Source: an uncultured Chloroflexia bacterium
GTDB lineage: Bacteria > Chloroflexota > Limnocylindria > QHBO01
Length of the DNA: 64,000 nt
Reading direction: 5' to 3'
Assembly (NCBI GenBank): GCA_963782015.1
Contig: CAWAHY010000004.1
Coordinates: 759,488 to 823,487, forward strand
Shown piece by piece: positions 1-11,689 of this stretch. Both the position numbers and the translations under genes were made by a program. The notes beneath the pieces are model-generated. The model was not told where the DNA came from. It saw only the letters and a program-made list of their open reading frames with translations, and ran no database searches. Position 1 is the first letter of the stretch. Each line of letters starts with the position of its first letter.

Positions 1-75
1 ACCGGGGCGTGCGGCGGGCGGTTGCGCCCGCGTGCGGGTCATGAGCGGGGGCGGTTCTCAACCGGGCGGCAGGAT

Positions 76-255
76 CGGTCCACAGCGAGGGCCCGTTTCG
101 AGGGCGGATTCCCACCGCCGGAGGCGGGTTATCGGCAGGGCCGGCGAGCACGGGTGAGCGCGGTGATCCACACCGTCCACACCCCTACGAGAGACGGCGA
201 CTGACACAGTATTCTTCGGGTAGTTACGTAGAGTCGAGCACAGGCCCGTGGAGAA
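76..255. promoter_or_regulatory. Probable edge of replication origin (oriC): degenerate DnaA boxes upstream of dnaN
   Basis: DnaA-box-like 9-mers CGGTCCACA (76-84), tandem TGATCCACA/CCGTCCACA (164-181) followed by CCCC-TAC and a less GC-rich stretch, and TTCTCCACG on the minus strand (247-255). The position upstream of dnaN is the usual oriC site. Confidence 0.5.
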
Positions 256-280
256 CTCGCGGGCGGTAGGTGAGGTCGGA

Positions 281-1406
281 ATGAACGTATCGGTCATGCA
301 GGAGAACCTGGCGCGCGGGCTGGGCGTGGTCGGGCGGGCCGTCAGCAGCCGGGCCACCCTGCCGGTGCTGGCCAACGTCCTGCTCAAGACCGAGAACGCC
401 GGGCTGAAGCTGACCGCCACCAACCTGGAGATCGGGATCAACTGCTGGGTCCCCGGCAAGGTCACCGACGAGGGCGAGATCACGGTGCCGGCCAAGCTCC
501 TCACCGAGCTGGTCAGCTCGCTCCCGAACCAGCGGATCGACCTCGTCTTCTCGGCCAAGGAGCGGACCCTGAAGGTCACCTGCGGCGGGAGCCGCTCCTC
601 GATCAAGGGGATCGAGGCGGACGAGTTCCCGGTGGTGGCGGCGATCGGCGACACCCCCATCACCAGCGCCGACTCACACGCCCTGCGCGAGGCCCTCGGC
701 GAGGTCGTCTTCGCGGCCGCCAGCGACGAGAGCCGCCCGATCCTGACCGGGGTGCTGACCCGCCTCGCCGGCGACCGGATGACGCTCGCCGCCGCCGACA
801 ACTACCGGATCGCGGTGCGACACCTGGCCCTGGCGAAGCCGGTGAGCGCCGGAGATCACGATCGTGGTGCCGGCGCGCTCGTACGCCGAGCTGATGCGGA
901 TCATGCCCGACGCCGAGGAGGCGGTCGAGATCACGGTCACGCCCAACAAGAGCCAGGTCCTCTTCCACGCGAACGGGATCGACCTGGTCAGCCGCCTGAT
1001 CGAGGGCCAGTTCCCGAACTACGAGCCGGTCATCCCGACCTCGCACACCAGCCGCGCGGTCGTCGACCGCGAGCTGTTCCTGGCGGGGGCTCGCCGCGCG
1101 AGCATCTTCGCGCGCGACAGCGCCAACATCGTGAAGATCGAGATCGGCGGGGAGGCGGCAGAGGGAGTCTCGATCACCGCGCACGCCGCCGACGTGGGCG
1201 ACAACGCCGACGCGCTCGAGGCCGCCGTCGAGGGGCAGCCGACCAGCATCGCCTTCAACGCGCGCTACCTGATCGACGTCCTGAGCAACCTCGGCGCCGA
1301 GCAGGCGGCGCTGGAGCTCTCCGGCCCGCTGGCGCCCGGGGTCATCCGCGGGGTCGGCAAGGACGACTACGTCCACGTCATCATGCCGGTCCGGACCGCC
1401 TCGTAG
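281..1406 (+). CDS. dnaN: DNA polymerase III beta sliding clamp (frameshift near 850)
   Basis: MNVSVMQENLARGL..LPVLANVLL..ATNLEIGI in ORF 248; C-terminal half SRLIEGQFPNYEPVIP..HVIMPVR in ORF 864-1406. Confidence 0.95.
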
Positions 1407-1466
1407 GAGCGACGGACCGATGACGGCGCGCCGGCTCGCCGTCGCGCCCGCCGGGAGAGCGGCCCC

Positions 1467-2645
1467 ATGCGGCTGACCCGACTCCAGCTCGAGGACTTCC
1501 GCAGCTACGCGGCCGCCGAGCTGCATCCCGAGCCCGGGCTGACGATCGTCGCCGGGCCGAACGGAGCCGGCAAGACGAACCTGCTCGAGGCGGTCTTCGT
1601 GGCGGTCACCGGCCGCTCGCACCGGGCGGGATCCGACGCCGAGCTGGTCCGCCACGGCCAGCCGTTCGCCAGGGTGCGGCTCGACCTGGCGGACGAGCGG
1701 GACGCCACCACGGCTCGGGTCGAGCTGCTGGTGCCGGCGGACGACGCCCCCGCGGAGTACCGCAAGCGGGTCACCGTCAACGGGGTGGCGCGGCGCGCCA
1801 CGACCCTCGGGGAGACGGTGCGAGCGGTCCTCTTCCGCCCCGAGGAGATGCTGCTCCTCGTCGGCGCCCCGTCCGAGCGACGCCGGTTCCTCGACGCGAT
1901 CCTCGCGCAGCGCCAGCGGGGGGCGGCGCGGGACCTGGCCGAGCTGGGTCGGGTCCTCGCCCAGCGCAACGCGCTGCTGCGCGCCATCCGCCGCGAGGAG
2001 GCCGAGGCGGAGAGCCTCGCCTTCTGGGACGAGCAGCTGGCAGAGGTGGGCGCGCGAGTGATGGCCGCCCGGCTGAGGCTGGTGGCCGACCTGGCGGAGC
2101 GGATTCCCGCGCTGCATGACGCGGTCGCGCCCGACGTCGAGCGCGGGGAGCAGGTCGCCCTGGGCTACGCCGACACCCTCAAGGACGCCTGGCCGGAGCG
2201 CGCGCTGGCGGCGGATGCCACGCCGTCGCACGAGCAGCTGGCCGAGGCCTATCGGCGCCGGATCCGGCAGGTGCGCGAGAAGGAGCTGTGGAATGGCGTC
2301 TCGCTGGTGGGGCCGCACCGCGACGACCTGCGCGTGGAGCTGGGCGGGCGCGCGGTGGCGGCGCACGCCAGCCGCGGCCAGCAGCGCACCATCATCCTGG
2401 CCCTCAAGCTGGCCGAGACGGACCTGCTCGGGGCCGATGACGCCCCGACCCCCATCGTGCTGCTCGACGACGTCTTCTCCGAGCTCGACGCCGAGCGCTC
2501 GGAGCGGTCGCTGGGGCTGCTCCTCGAGCGCGGGCAGGTGCTCGTCACGATGGCGGACCTCGCCTCGCTGCCCGCCGGCCGCCGGGGCGTCACGATCTGG
2601 CAGGTGGGGGAGGGGCGCCTCTCGCAGGCGCCGCGCGTCGCATGA
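1467..2645 (+). CDS. recF: DNA replication/repair protein RecF
   Basis: GPNGAGKTNLLEA Walker A, GPHRDDL, SRGQQR, LLDDVFSELD; follows dnaN. Confidence 0.95.
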   Translation: MRLTRLQLEDFRSYAAAELHPEPGLTIVAGPNGAGKTNLLEAVFVAVTGRSHRAGSDAELVRHGQPFARVRLDLADERDATTARVELLVPADDAPAEYRKRVTVNGVARRATTLGETVRAVLFRPEEMLLLVGAPSERRRFLDAILAQRQRGAARDLAELGRVLAQRNALLRAIRREEAEAESLAFWDEQLAEVGARVMAARLRLVADLAERIPALHDAVAPDVERGEQVALGYADTLKDAWPERALAADATPSHEQLAEAYRRRIRQVREKELWNGVSLVGPHRDDLRVELGGRAVAAHASRGQQRTIILALKLAETDLLGADDAPTPIVLLDDVFSELDAERSERSLGLLLERGQVLVTMADLASLPAGRRGVTIWQVGEGRLSQAPRVA

Positions 2646-2992
2646 GCCGCACCGAGGAGGCCGCCAGCGCGGTCCAGCGCGCCCTGCTGGCGTGCATGGG
2701 CCCCGGCGCTGCCGAGCAGATCGCCCTGGCCCAGGTTCGCCTCGCCTGGCAGGAGGTCGTCGAGGCGGCGGGCCTCGAGCGCGGCGGGATGTCGTCGCGG
2801 CTCACCGCCGTGGTCGGTGGCACGGCCCAGGTGGAGGCCTCGGAGCCGATCCTGGCCCAGGAGCTGAACCTGCGCGGCGAGGCACTGGTCTTCGCCGTCA
2901 ACCAGCGCATGGCGGGGCGGCCGGGGGCGACGATGGTCATCGGTCGAGTCGCCGTTTCGGTGGCTCGTGCCGGGGGTGGCCGCTCCCTATAA
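2642..2992 (+). CDS. DUF721/DciA-like protein
   Basis: 116 aa, W-x-x-VV motif and AQELNL; canonical position right after recF. Confidence 0.55.
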   Translation: MSRTEEAASAVQRALLACMGPGAAEQIALAQVRLAWQEVVEAAGLERGGMSSRLTAVVGGTAQVEASEPILAQELNLRGEALVFAVNQRMAGRPGATMVIGRVAVSVARAGGGRSL

Positions 2993-3035
2993 TCGGCCTC
3001 GTCGCCGTCCCTCGCTCGAGCCCCGCCGGATCCCG

Positions 3036-5265
3036 ATGAGCAGTCGCCTGGCCACCCGCATCGGTCTGTTGGCCCGCGAGGAGCGCGCCGCCGACGCGCA
3101 CGACCTGGTCCGCTTCCGGCAGCCGACGATGGGCGCCGAGGTGCGCACCAAGGGGAGCCTCTTCCTGCTCGCCCAGGTGACCGGCGGGGACGCCGCGCTG
3201 GGACGGGCCGCCGCCGAGGCGCTGGAGGGGATCGAGCGCGACTACTACTACGACCTCTCGGCCGGCGCGACCGGCTCGATCGCCAAGGCGCTGGCCGCGG
3301 CCAACCGCCTCATCTATCACCAGCGGGCCCGTCTCGGGCTGGCGAAGCGCGGCGCGATCAGCGTGGTGGCGCTCGTGGTGCGCGGGCGCGAGGGCCACGT
3401 GGCCAAGCTCGGCCCCGCCGCCGCGGTGATCGTCCGCGACGGCCGCATGTTCGAGCTGCCGCCGCCGCCCTCGGTCGAGGAGGAGGACCCCGGAGCCCGG
3501 GTTCGCCGCGTGGCCGACTCGCTCGGCGAGGCGCTGGAGATCCAGCCCTACACCTGGGAGGGGGAGCTGTCGCCCGACGACCGGCTGGCGCTGCTGTCGC
3601 GCAACGTGGCGCAGGTGGTCGGCACCGAGGAGGTGCAGAACGCCCTCTCCACCCTTCGCCCCTCCGCCGCGGTCGAGCATCTCCACCAGCTCTTCGGGAT
3701 CCGCGGCGGGGTCGGCTCGGACGGGATGCTGGCGATCGAGCTGGTGGAGGTGGCCGCCACCACGGCCACGCACCACCTCGAGCCGGTCCGCCCCCACGAG
3801 GAGCTGGCCGGCCTGCCGGACCGCAGCCCGGTGCCGCTGGCCGACGCGATCGGGCGCTTCCTGCATCGCTGTGGCGACGCCATCGACGCGGCCGCAGGCC
3901 GCCGCCGGGCGGGCGCTGCTGGTCGGCGTGAACATGCTGCTCGCCTTCGTGCCGCGCCGCCGCGCCCACTACCCGACCAGCATCCCGCGCACCGCCCTGC
4001 GCGAGGAGGGCCGTCGCCGGCGTCGCGGGCTGCTCGGGATGGGCGCCGTGGCCGCCATGCTGGCGGTGGGGGCCAGCGTCGCGAGCCTCCCGAACGCCGC
4101 GCCCCACCGATGCGATCCTGCGCGCCTCGGTGGCGCGCGCCGGCGATCAGCGACGCCCAGGAGCTGCTCGACACGGTGGAGGAGCGGGTCGGCGGGCGCG
4201 ACCTTGTCGACCGCGACCCCGCGCGGGCCGAGCGCCTCCTTGAACGGTCGCTGGAGGCCGTGGGCCGCGCCGCCGAGGCCGGGGTGCCCCGCTGCCGCGC
4301 TGGATCCGCTGCGGAGCCGCGTCGAGCGGGGGCTCGACACCGTGTTCGCGGTTGCGCGCCTGCACGAGGCGACGACCGTGGCCGACCTCGCGGCCGACTT
4401 CACCGGCGCCGACCCGGTCGACATGGTGCTCGCCAGCGACGGATCCCTGTGGGTCGCCGAGCTGGGCCGCGGACGCGTCATCCGGATCGACCCCGTCACG
4501 AACGAGGCGACCGTCCCGTATCGGTCCGGCCAGGAGCTCGACGGCGCGACGGCCGGCGCTCCGTGGATGATCGCCACCGCGGCCACCGACGTGGTGCTGA
4601 TCGACCGGGCAGCGGCAGGCGTGGCGCTTCGACCTCGTGCGAGCAGACGCCGCGTCGCCTGGGCCTCAGCGGCCTCGACGGCGTCGCGGCCGAGAGCCGG
4701 CTGCTCGCGGCCCTTCAGCACCGGCCACCGCTGGAGATCTTCAACCTGTACCTGGTCGAGCTGGGGAGCGACGACGTCATCAAGTGGTCGCCGGGAGACG
4801 TCATCCCGATCCGCTACCCCGATCCCCCCGAGCCGTTCCTGGTCGAGCGCCCCGACCTGCCGCCGGCGTCGGCCCGCGACCTCTTCGTTGACGCCAACCT
4901 GTGGCTGCTCCAGGCCCGCACCGTCACGCGCGTCAACTTCGGCGACGCCGCTCAACCAGGCGAACTACTCGCTCGACCCGCCGCCGGACGCCAGCCTGCG
5001 GCCGACCCTCGACTACCGGCTGCTCGACGGCGCCACCGTCGGGGAGCGGGAGATGTTCTACGTGTACGACGCGGCCAACGCGCGGATCGTCGCCTTCCAG
5101 CGCGCCGACGGCGCCTTCGTGCGCCAGTGGCTCGCGCCGCGCAGCGGCTCGACCGCCGGGCTGCTCGACGAGGTCCTGGCGCTCAGCGTCGCCTCGGTCG
5201 CAGACGGGCCGCCGGTCGCGTACCTCCTCACCCCGACCAGGGTCGTCCGCGTCGTGCTCGAGTAG
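3036..5265 (+). CDS. Membrane protein: degenerate PP2C-like domain, TM segment, extracellular beta-propeller (several frameshifts)
   Basis: Coding signal hops between ORFs 2967 and 3871; N-terminus follows the PP2C pattern (ALAAANRLIY, SLGEALEIQP, ELSPDDRLALLS); hydrophobic segment ~4030-4090; repeats such as DGSLWVAELGRGRVIRID and YVYDAANARIV. Confidence 0.6.
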
Positions 5266-5284
5266 CCTCGTCTAGAATCGGGCC

Positions 5285-5827
5285 GTGAATCCAGGGGTCC
5301 GGCTGATCGAGATGGTCGTGGAGAGCGTCCGCGTCCACATGCTCTCGAGCCAGCACGTGGTGATCCTCAAGGAGTCGGATCGCGAGCGGTATCTGCCGAT
5401 CTGGATCGGCCCGTCGGAGGCGAACGCCATCGCCATGCGGTTGCAGGGGCTGAGCGCCGAGCGGCCGCTCACCCACGACCTGCTGGTCAGCATCGTGGCC
5501 GCCCTGAATTCGAGCATCAGCCGCGTGGTCGTCACCCACGTCACCGACGGCACCTTCCACGCCCGCCTCTACCTCGAGACGGCCGATGGCGGCGAGACGG
5601 AGATCGACTCCCGCACGAGCGACGCGATCGCCGTGGCGGTGCGAACCGGCTCGACCATCTACGTCGACGAGCGGGTCCTTGACGAGGCCGGCGTGGAGCC
5701 CGACAAGGCGGGGCCCGGCGACGACCCGGACGAGCAGCTGGCGGTCTTCCGCGAGTTCGTCAACTCCCTCGACGTCGACCTGGGGGGTGGCGAGAAGGGT
5801 CCGCCCAGCGAAGAGCTCGGCGCCTGA
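5285..5827 (+). CDS. Bifunctional nuclease family (DUF151) protein
   Basis: LPIWIGPSEA, RPLTHDLL, DSRTSDAIAVA motifs. Confidence 0.9.
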   Translation: MNPGVRLIEMVVESVRVHMLSSQHVVILKESDRERYLPIWIGPSEANAIAMRLQGLSAERPLTHDLLVSIVAALNSSISRVVVTHVTDGTFHARLYLETADGGETEIDSRTSDAIAVAVRTGSTIYVDERVLDEAGVEPDKAGPGDDPDEQLAVFREFVNSLDVDLGGGEKGPPSEELGA

Positions 5828-5832
5828 ACGGC

Positions 5833-6585
5833 TCAGTCCCGGCGGCTGAGCACCTCGTCCCGGCGCGTCCAGAGGTCCCAGCGCAGGCGCGCCAGGTCCC
5901 GGAAGGTGCGCAGGATCTTGCCGAAGCTCGCCCCGGTGTTCGTGCCGGCCGCGCGCGGGTAGTGGTTCACCCCCACCTGCGCCATCCGCACGCCGCGCGC
6001 CCGCAGCTTGATCAGCGTCTCGGCCGACAGGAACGGGCCGTCGGCATCCAGCCGCAGGCCGTCGAAGACCTCGCGCCGGAAGAGCTTCATGGCGCAGTCG
6101 ATGTCGCGCACTCGCAGGCCAAAGGCGACCGATACGATCGCGTTGTAGGTCTTGGCGATGAAGATCCGATGAAACGGGTCGCGCCGCTTGATCCGGTAGC
6201 CGATCACGGCGTCGACCGGCTTGCGCTCGTCGGCGAGGCGATCCAGCAGGCGGCTCATCTCGCGCAGGTCGAACTGCAGGTCGCCGTCGGAGAAGCAGAT
6301 CAGCTCGCCCCGCGCATGCTCGAACCCCGCCTTGAGCGCGCCGCCGTAGCCACGGTTCGGCTGGTGGTGGACGCGCACGCGGGGATCGGCCGCGGCCAGG
6401 ACGTCGGCAAGCTGCGGCGTGCGGTCGGTGGAGCCGTCGTCGACGGCCAGGACCTCGATGGAGGGCACCAGTGGGCCGATCTCGGCCAGCGCCCGCTCGA
6501 CGGTCTGCTCGATGTTCTCCTGCTCGTTGTAGGCCGGGAAGAAGAAGGTCAGCCGCGGTCGGCTCGGGGCCTCGGGATCGGTCAC
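5833..6585 (-). CDS. GT2 polyprenol-phosphate glycosyltransferase (Ppm1/ArnC-like)
   Basis: FPAYNE, VDDGSTDRT, NRGYGGALKAG, DGDLQF, DIDCAMKLFRR; GTG start inferred at 6585. Confidence 0.88.
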   Translation of the reverse strand: MTDPEAPSRPRLTFFFPAYNEQENIEQTVERALAEIGPLVPSIEVLAVDDGSTDRTPQLADVLAAADPRVRVHHQPNRGYGGALKAGFEHARGELICFSDGDLQFDLREMSRLLDRLADERKPVDAVIGYRIKRRDPFHRIFIAKTYNAIVSVAFGLRVRDIDCAMKLFRREVFDGLRLDADGPFLSAETLIKLRARGVRMAQVGVNHYPRAAGTNTGASFGKILRTFRDLARLRWDLWTRRDEVLSRRD

Positions 6586-6701
6586 GGGCCGTACCCTAGC
6601 GCAACCGACCCGCCGTCGGGACCGTCCGGGAGCCGGATGTATACTCTCGGCCACCTTGCCGCACGACCCACGCCGGCGCGAATGACGAGGTGCCGCCACC
6701 G

Positions 6702-9700
6702 ATGACCCGCGACTCCGTCAGGGAGCGGGGCGCGAGGCCAGTCGAACGCGGCCTGCCCTTCGACCCCGCGACCCTGGTCGTCATCCTGATCTTCCTCGGC
6801 GTGCTCCTGCGCGCCTTCATCGGCGGCATCTACATGCCGGCCAGCGGCTTCCGGATCGACGTCGGCGACTTCAACGCGTGGGCCCAGCGCCTCGCCAGCG
6901 GCGGCCCCGGCAGCTTCTACGCGCCGGACTACTTCGGGGACTACCCGCCCGGCTACATGTACGTCCTGTGGCTGCTCGGCGCCATCGGCGAGTGGCTCAG
7001 GCCGGTGGTGGGCGTCCTGGTCACCGGCGGGCTGGTGAAGGTGCCCGGGATCCTGGCCGATGCCGGCGTCGCCTGGCTCCTCTTCGCCTATGCGCGGCGC
7101 TTCGGCAACGGCTGGCTCGGGATCGTGGAGCGGCGAGCGGATCGGCCTGGTGGCGGCCACCATCTACATCTTCAACCCCGGCACCATCTTCAACTCGTCG
7201 GTCTGGGGCCAGGTCGATTCGGTCGGGGCGCTGGCGGCGATGGGGACCATCTACCTCCTCGCCCGCGGCTGGACGGAGGCGGCCGCGGTCGGGGCGGTGA
7301 TCGCGCTGCTGGTGAAGTTCCAGTTCGGCTTCCTGACGCCGATCGTGGCGATCGTCGGCATCAAGCGCCACCTCCTCGGGCGCTCGTCGGACCCGACGCA
7401 TGACGGGCGGCGGGACCCCGTCCGCGTCATCAGCTCCCTGGCCGCCGGCCTCGGGTCGCTGGTGCTCCTGATCCTGCCGTTCGGCTTCAGCGTCTGGAAC
7501 CCGGGCAACCCGGCGCGCAGCCTGGTCGGCAAGTTCCTGGAGGCGGCGGACACCTACACGGGCCTGAGCATCAACGGCTTCAACCTGTGGCGCAACCCGT
7601 TCTCCGGGCTCGGCAACACGCTCCAGTGGGGCTGCGACGTCGCCCCGCCCAAGTGCGACGGCGGGGTTGCGGCCATGCTCGGGGCCACCCCGATCACCTG
7701 GCAGCTGATCGGGACGATGCTCTTCGCCGCGGCCGCCCTGGTCGCCTTCTGGCAGGTCGCCCGGCGCGATGATCCCCGGGGGCTGCTGGTCGGGGCGCTG
7801 GTGCTGGCGGTGGCCTTCTTCACCCTCCCGACCCGCGTCCACGAGCGCTACCTGTTCCCGGCGCTGGCGATCGGCGCCCTCCTCGTCGCACGCTCGTGGC
7901 GCTGGGCGACGCTCTACGCGGTCCTGACCGTCTCGTTCTTCGCCAACGTGTACTGGGTCTACACCGCCGACTGGTCGTTCGCCGGCGGGGCGGTGATGAA
8001 TCCCGGGCTGCTCGGCAGGCCGATGCCGCGCGACCCGCTGCTCTCCACGCTCCTCTTCAACGACACCGGGATCTACCTCCTCTCACTCCTGGTCGTGCTC
8101 GCCCTGGCGTGGCTGCTGACGCAGGCGCTGGTCATGGCGGTCGTCGATGAGCCGGTGCCGGCACCCGCGGCCTTGGCGCATGAGCCGATGCCCACCGCCG
8201 TGGCGCCGCTCCCCGACGAGGGGCCCGCGGTGCCCACCCGAATCGCCTCCTCCCGCCCCGCCGCTCCTGGGCCGACCGCCTGCCAGCCTGGCTGCGGCGT
8301 GACCCGGACGACCCCTACGCCAAGGAGCCCCCGCGGCGGCTCGACCGGCTCGACCTGGCGCTGCTGGTCGGCCTGGTGCTGGTCGCCTTCTTCTTCCGCC
8401 TGTGGCGCCTGGAACAGCCACGGCACACCCACTTCGACGAGGTCTACCACGCCCGCTCCGCCACCGAGTGGCTGGCCGACTGGCAGGAGGGCTGGACGCG
8501 CGACACCTACGAGTGGACCCACCCGCCGCTGGCCAAGTACCTGATCGCCGCCGGCATCGTCGTCGCCGATCCCAACAAGGTGGTGGGCGGGACCGATCTC
8601 GACGCCCCGGCCACCGTCCTCGCCGTCGCGCCCCAACGCACGGCGTTCACTCGCCTCTCCTCGATCGCCTTCACCTCGTCGGGCGACGCGCGGATCGAGG
8701 CGCGCGAGGTGCTCAGCGGCACGCTCGTGTCGGCGTGGGACGCGCCGGGCAACGTCGCCAGCATGGCCTACGACGAGGAAGGCGACCGGCTGCTGGTGGG
8801 CCTCGCTTCGAGCGGGGCGGTCTCCGCCTACGACCTCAACGCCTTCCTCGGGCAGCTCGGCGAGCGCGGGCCGCCACCGGGCGTGCTCCAGATCGAGACC
8901 GGCCTGGCGGGCGTGGACCAGATCCTCGTGCCCGACGCCTCGGTGATCCTCTTCCGCGGCCCCGACGGCATCGTCGAGGTGGAGCGCCAGACCGGCGCGC
9001 CGCTGGCGACCTCCACGCAGGTGGCGAGCGGGATCGGCTTCGTCCCCGCGACCGGCAGCGGCGACACGGCCGCCGGCCCGTACGTGGTGGCCGATCGACC
9101 CGGTGCGCGGCAGCCTGGTCGTGCTCGACAGCGCCTCGCTCCTCCCCGCCACCAAGCTGGTCGGCAGCGACGGCCAGATCCCGCTCGCCGCGACCCCGGT
9201 CGGGCCGGTCATGGTGCAGGGGAGCGGCAAGAACCTCCAGGTCTGGGTCCCGCTCGGCCCGCTGCCCGCGGACGAGGAGCACGGGGCGGTGGAGGGCGGC
9301 CTCTCCGTCTTCGACGAGAACGTGTCGCTGATCGACACCGTCCCGCTTCCCGGCCGGCCGGTCGCGATCGGCTGGCAGCAGGTCGCCAACATCGTCTACG
9401 TGGTCGGCAACGAGCACGGCAGCGGGGCGCCGGTGGCGTGGGCCGTCCAGCCGCTCGGCAACGGCGGGACGCAGAGCGCCGGCTTCGCGGCCTTCGACAC
9501 GCACCGCCCTGCCCGGCGACCCGCTGGCGATCGGCTTCGACATCTCCGACGAGTCGCAGAGCGACGACCACGCGCTCCTCCTCGTCTCGACCGAGGCTGG
9601 CAACGGCACCGCGGGACGGCTGGTCTCGATCGACGCGGGCAGCAACGCCTTTGCGTGGCGCCTGGCCGGCATCATCTTCGGCTCGCTCCTGGTCGGGATC

Positions 9701-11395
9701 ATCTACCTGTTCGCCGCCACGCTCTTCTCGCGGCGCCGGATCGCCGTGCTGGCGGCGGCGTTCGTGACCTTCGACGGGATGAGCTACGCGATGAGCCGGA
9801 TCGCCATGAACGACATCTTCGTGGCGACCTTCATCCTGGCCGCCTACGCGGTCTTCTGGCAGATCTGGTCGGGCCGATGGGGGCGCAGCGCGTGGTGGGC
9901 CCTGCCGCTGGTCGGCGTCCTGATCGGGCTCGCCGCCGCCAGCAAGTGGGTCGGCTGGTACGCGCTCATCGGCCTCTGGGTGCTGGTCCTGGCCCGATCG
10001 CACTTCGGCCGCTTCGCGCTGGTGGCCGGCATCGGCTTCATCGCGATCGTCTTCGGTATCGGCGCCCCGTGGCCGTTCCTGGTGATGTGCCTGCTCGCGC
10101 TGATCCTCGCGCTGGCGCTGGTCTGGTACAAGCCGATCCGCCTGGCGGTCGACGACCTGTGGGCGATGCCCGCCATCGCGGTGGTGGGCGTGGCCATCGG
10201 CCTGCCCTTCACCATGGCCTTCTTCAGCGTCGAGGGGCGCACCCCGCGCAGCGCGGTCGAGTACCTCTTCGCCTTCCTGGCGCGTGGCGCGCAGGCCGCC
10301 TGGCCGGCCTGGATCATGCTCGGGGTGGCCGGGCTCCTGATCGGGTTACGCGCCTGGCGCTCGTGGCGCGCCCCGACGAGCGACCGTCGCTGGTTCGCGC
10401 CGGGGGAGATGGCCGGCTTCGCCTGGCCGTGGGTCGCCGCCTGCCTGCTCGTGATCCCGCTGCTCATGTACTTCGTGGCCTACATCCCGTACCTGCAGCT
10501 CGGGCACGCCATCGCCACCGTCAACCAGGGGCCCGGCTACGGCTGGTCGCTGGACGAGCTCCAGTCGCAGATGTTCGGCTACCACTTCGGCCTGCAGGCG
10601 GGGCACCCCGCCTCGTCGCCGTGGTGGAGCTGGCCGCTCGACCTCAAGCCGGTCTGGTTCTACAGCCACTCGTACGACAACCGGCTGCTGGCGGTCATCT
10701 ACAACGGCGGCAACCCGATCCTCTTCTGGGCCGGCGTGCCCGCCGTCATCTGGTGCGGGATCCTGGCCTGGCGTCGCCGCTCGCTGGCGCTGGTGCTGCT
10801 GGTCGCCGCCTTCGCCTTCCAGTACCTGCCCTGGACCCGGATCGAGCGGGCCACCTTCCACTACCACTACTTCACCGCGGTGCTCTTCGCCATGATCGCG
10901 GTCGCGTACGTGGTCGACGAGGGGCTGCGGTCGTGGGTCTATCGGTCCCTGGCGATCGCCTTCCTCTTCGCCGCCGTGGTCGCGGGGCTGCTCATCTTCC
11001 CCTTGGGGTCGGCGCTGGCGATGCCGGACTGGTACATCAACGCCGCGCGCGCCCTGGCGCCCTGGAACTACGCGTTCCAGTTCCCCAACCCGCCGACCGG
11101 CGAGCGCGACCCGCTGATCAGCGCCAACGCGCTGAAGCTGGCGGCCGGCACCATGGTCTCGCTGGGCGCCGCCGCCTTTGGCCTCTTCGGTCGCGAGCTG
11201 CTCGGCGCTCGAGCGGCGGCAGCCCCGTCAGGCGGGGCGACGCCGCATGGCGACCAGGAGGAGCAGCACGCCGAGCGCGACGAGCCCGATTGGCCAGAGC
11301 CGGTCGAGATTGATGTCGGGGAAGTAGTCGCGGACGAGGAAGTAGGCTCCCAGGCCGATCAGGATCAGCCCGAAGACCCACGACCCGCCACCTGA
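6702..11395 (+). CDS. Very large polytopic glycosyltransferase: GT87/PIG-like domain plus PMT (GT39) domain with inserted soluble domain (frameshifts near 7125, 8265, 9095, 9505; 3' end uncertain)
   Basis: DYPPGY, NSSVWGQVDS, PTRVHERYLFP; then FDEVYH, EWTHPPLAK, SRIAMNDIF, HPASSPWWSWPL, GNPILFW, FHYHY. Confidence 0.8.
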
Positions 11396-11689
11396 GCCGC
11401 GCCGGTGCCGGCGCGGCGGCTGCGCTGACCAGGTGGACGGGGAGGCGTCACCGGGCTGCCCGGTGACCGGATCCGTCCCCTCGCCCGCGGCGTCGGCCGT
11501 CCAGGCTCCCTCCGGGACCACGATCCACATGACGATGTAGAGGACGAGGAAGACCCCGCCGGTGATGAGCGCCAGCAGCGCCCAGATCACCCGCACGATC
11601 GCCGGATCGGCGTCGAGGTACTCGGCAACGCCGCCGGCGACCCCGGCGATCACCCGCTCGGTGGGCGACTTGTACAGGCGGCGGTTCAT
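11228..11689 (-). CDS. pspC: PspC-domain membrane protein
   Basis: RRLYKSPTERVIAGVAGGVAEYLDADPAIVR..LYIVMWIVVP plus a C-terminal LiaI/DUF5668-like TM pair. Confidence 0.85.
   Translation of the reverse strand: MNRRLYKSPTERVIAGVAGGVAEYLDADPAIVRVIWALLALITGGVFLVLYIVMWIVVPEGAWTADAAGEGTDPVTGQPGDASPSTWSAQPPRRHRRGSGGGSWVFGLILIGLGAYFLVRDYFPDINLDRLWPIGLVALGVLLLLVAMRRRPA

Noticed and set aside
11228-11395. 168-bp convergent overlap between the glycosyltransferase and pspC
   Set aside because: The tail is simply antisense pspC; probably read-through from an indel or a lost stop rather than a functional overlap.
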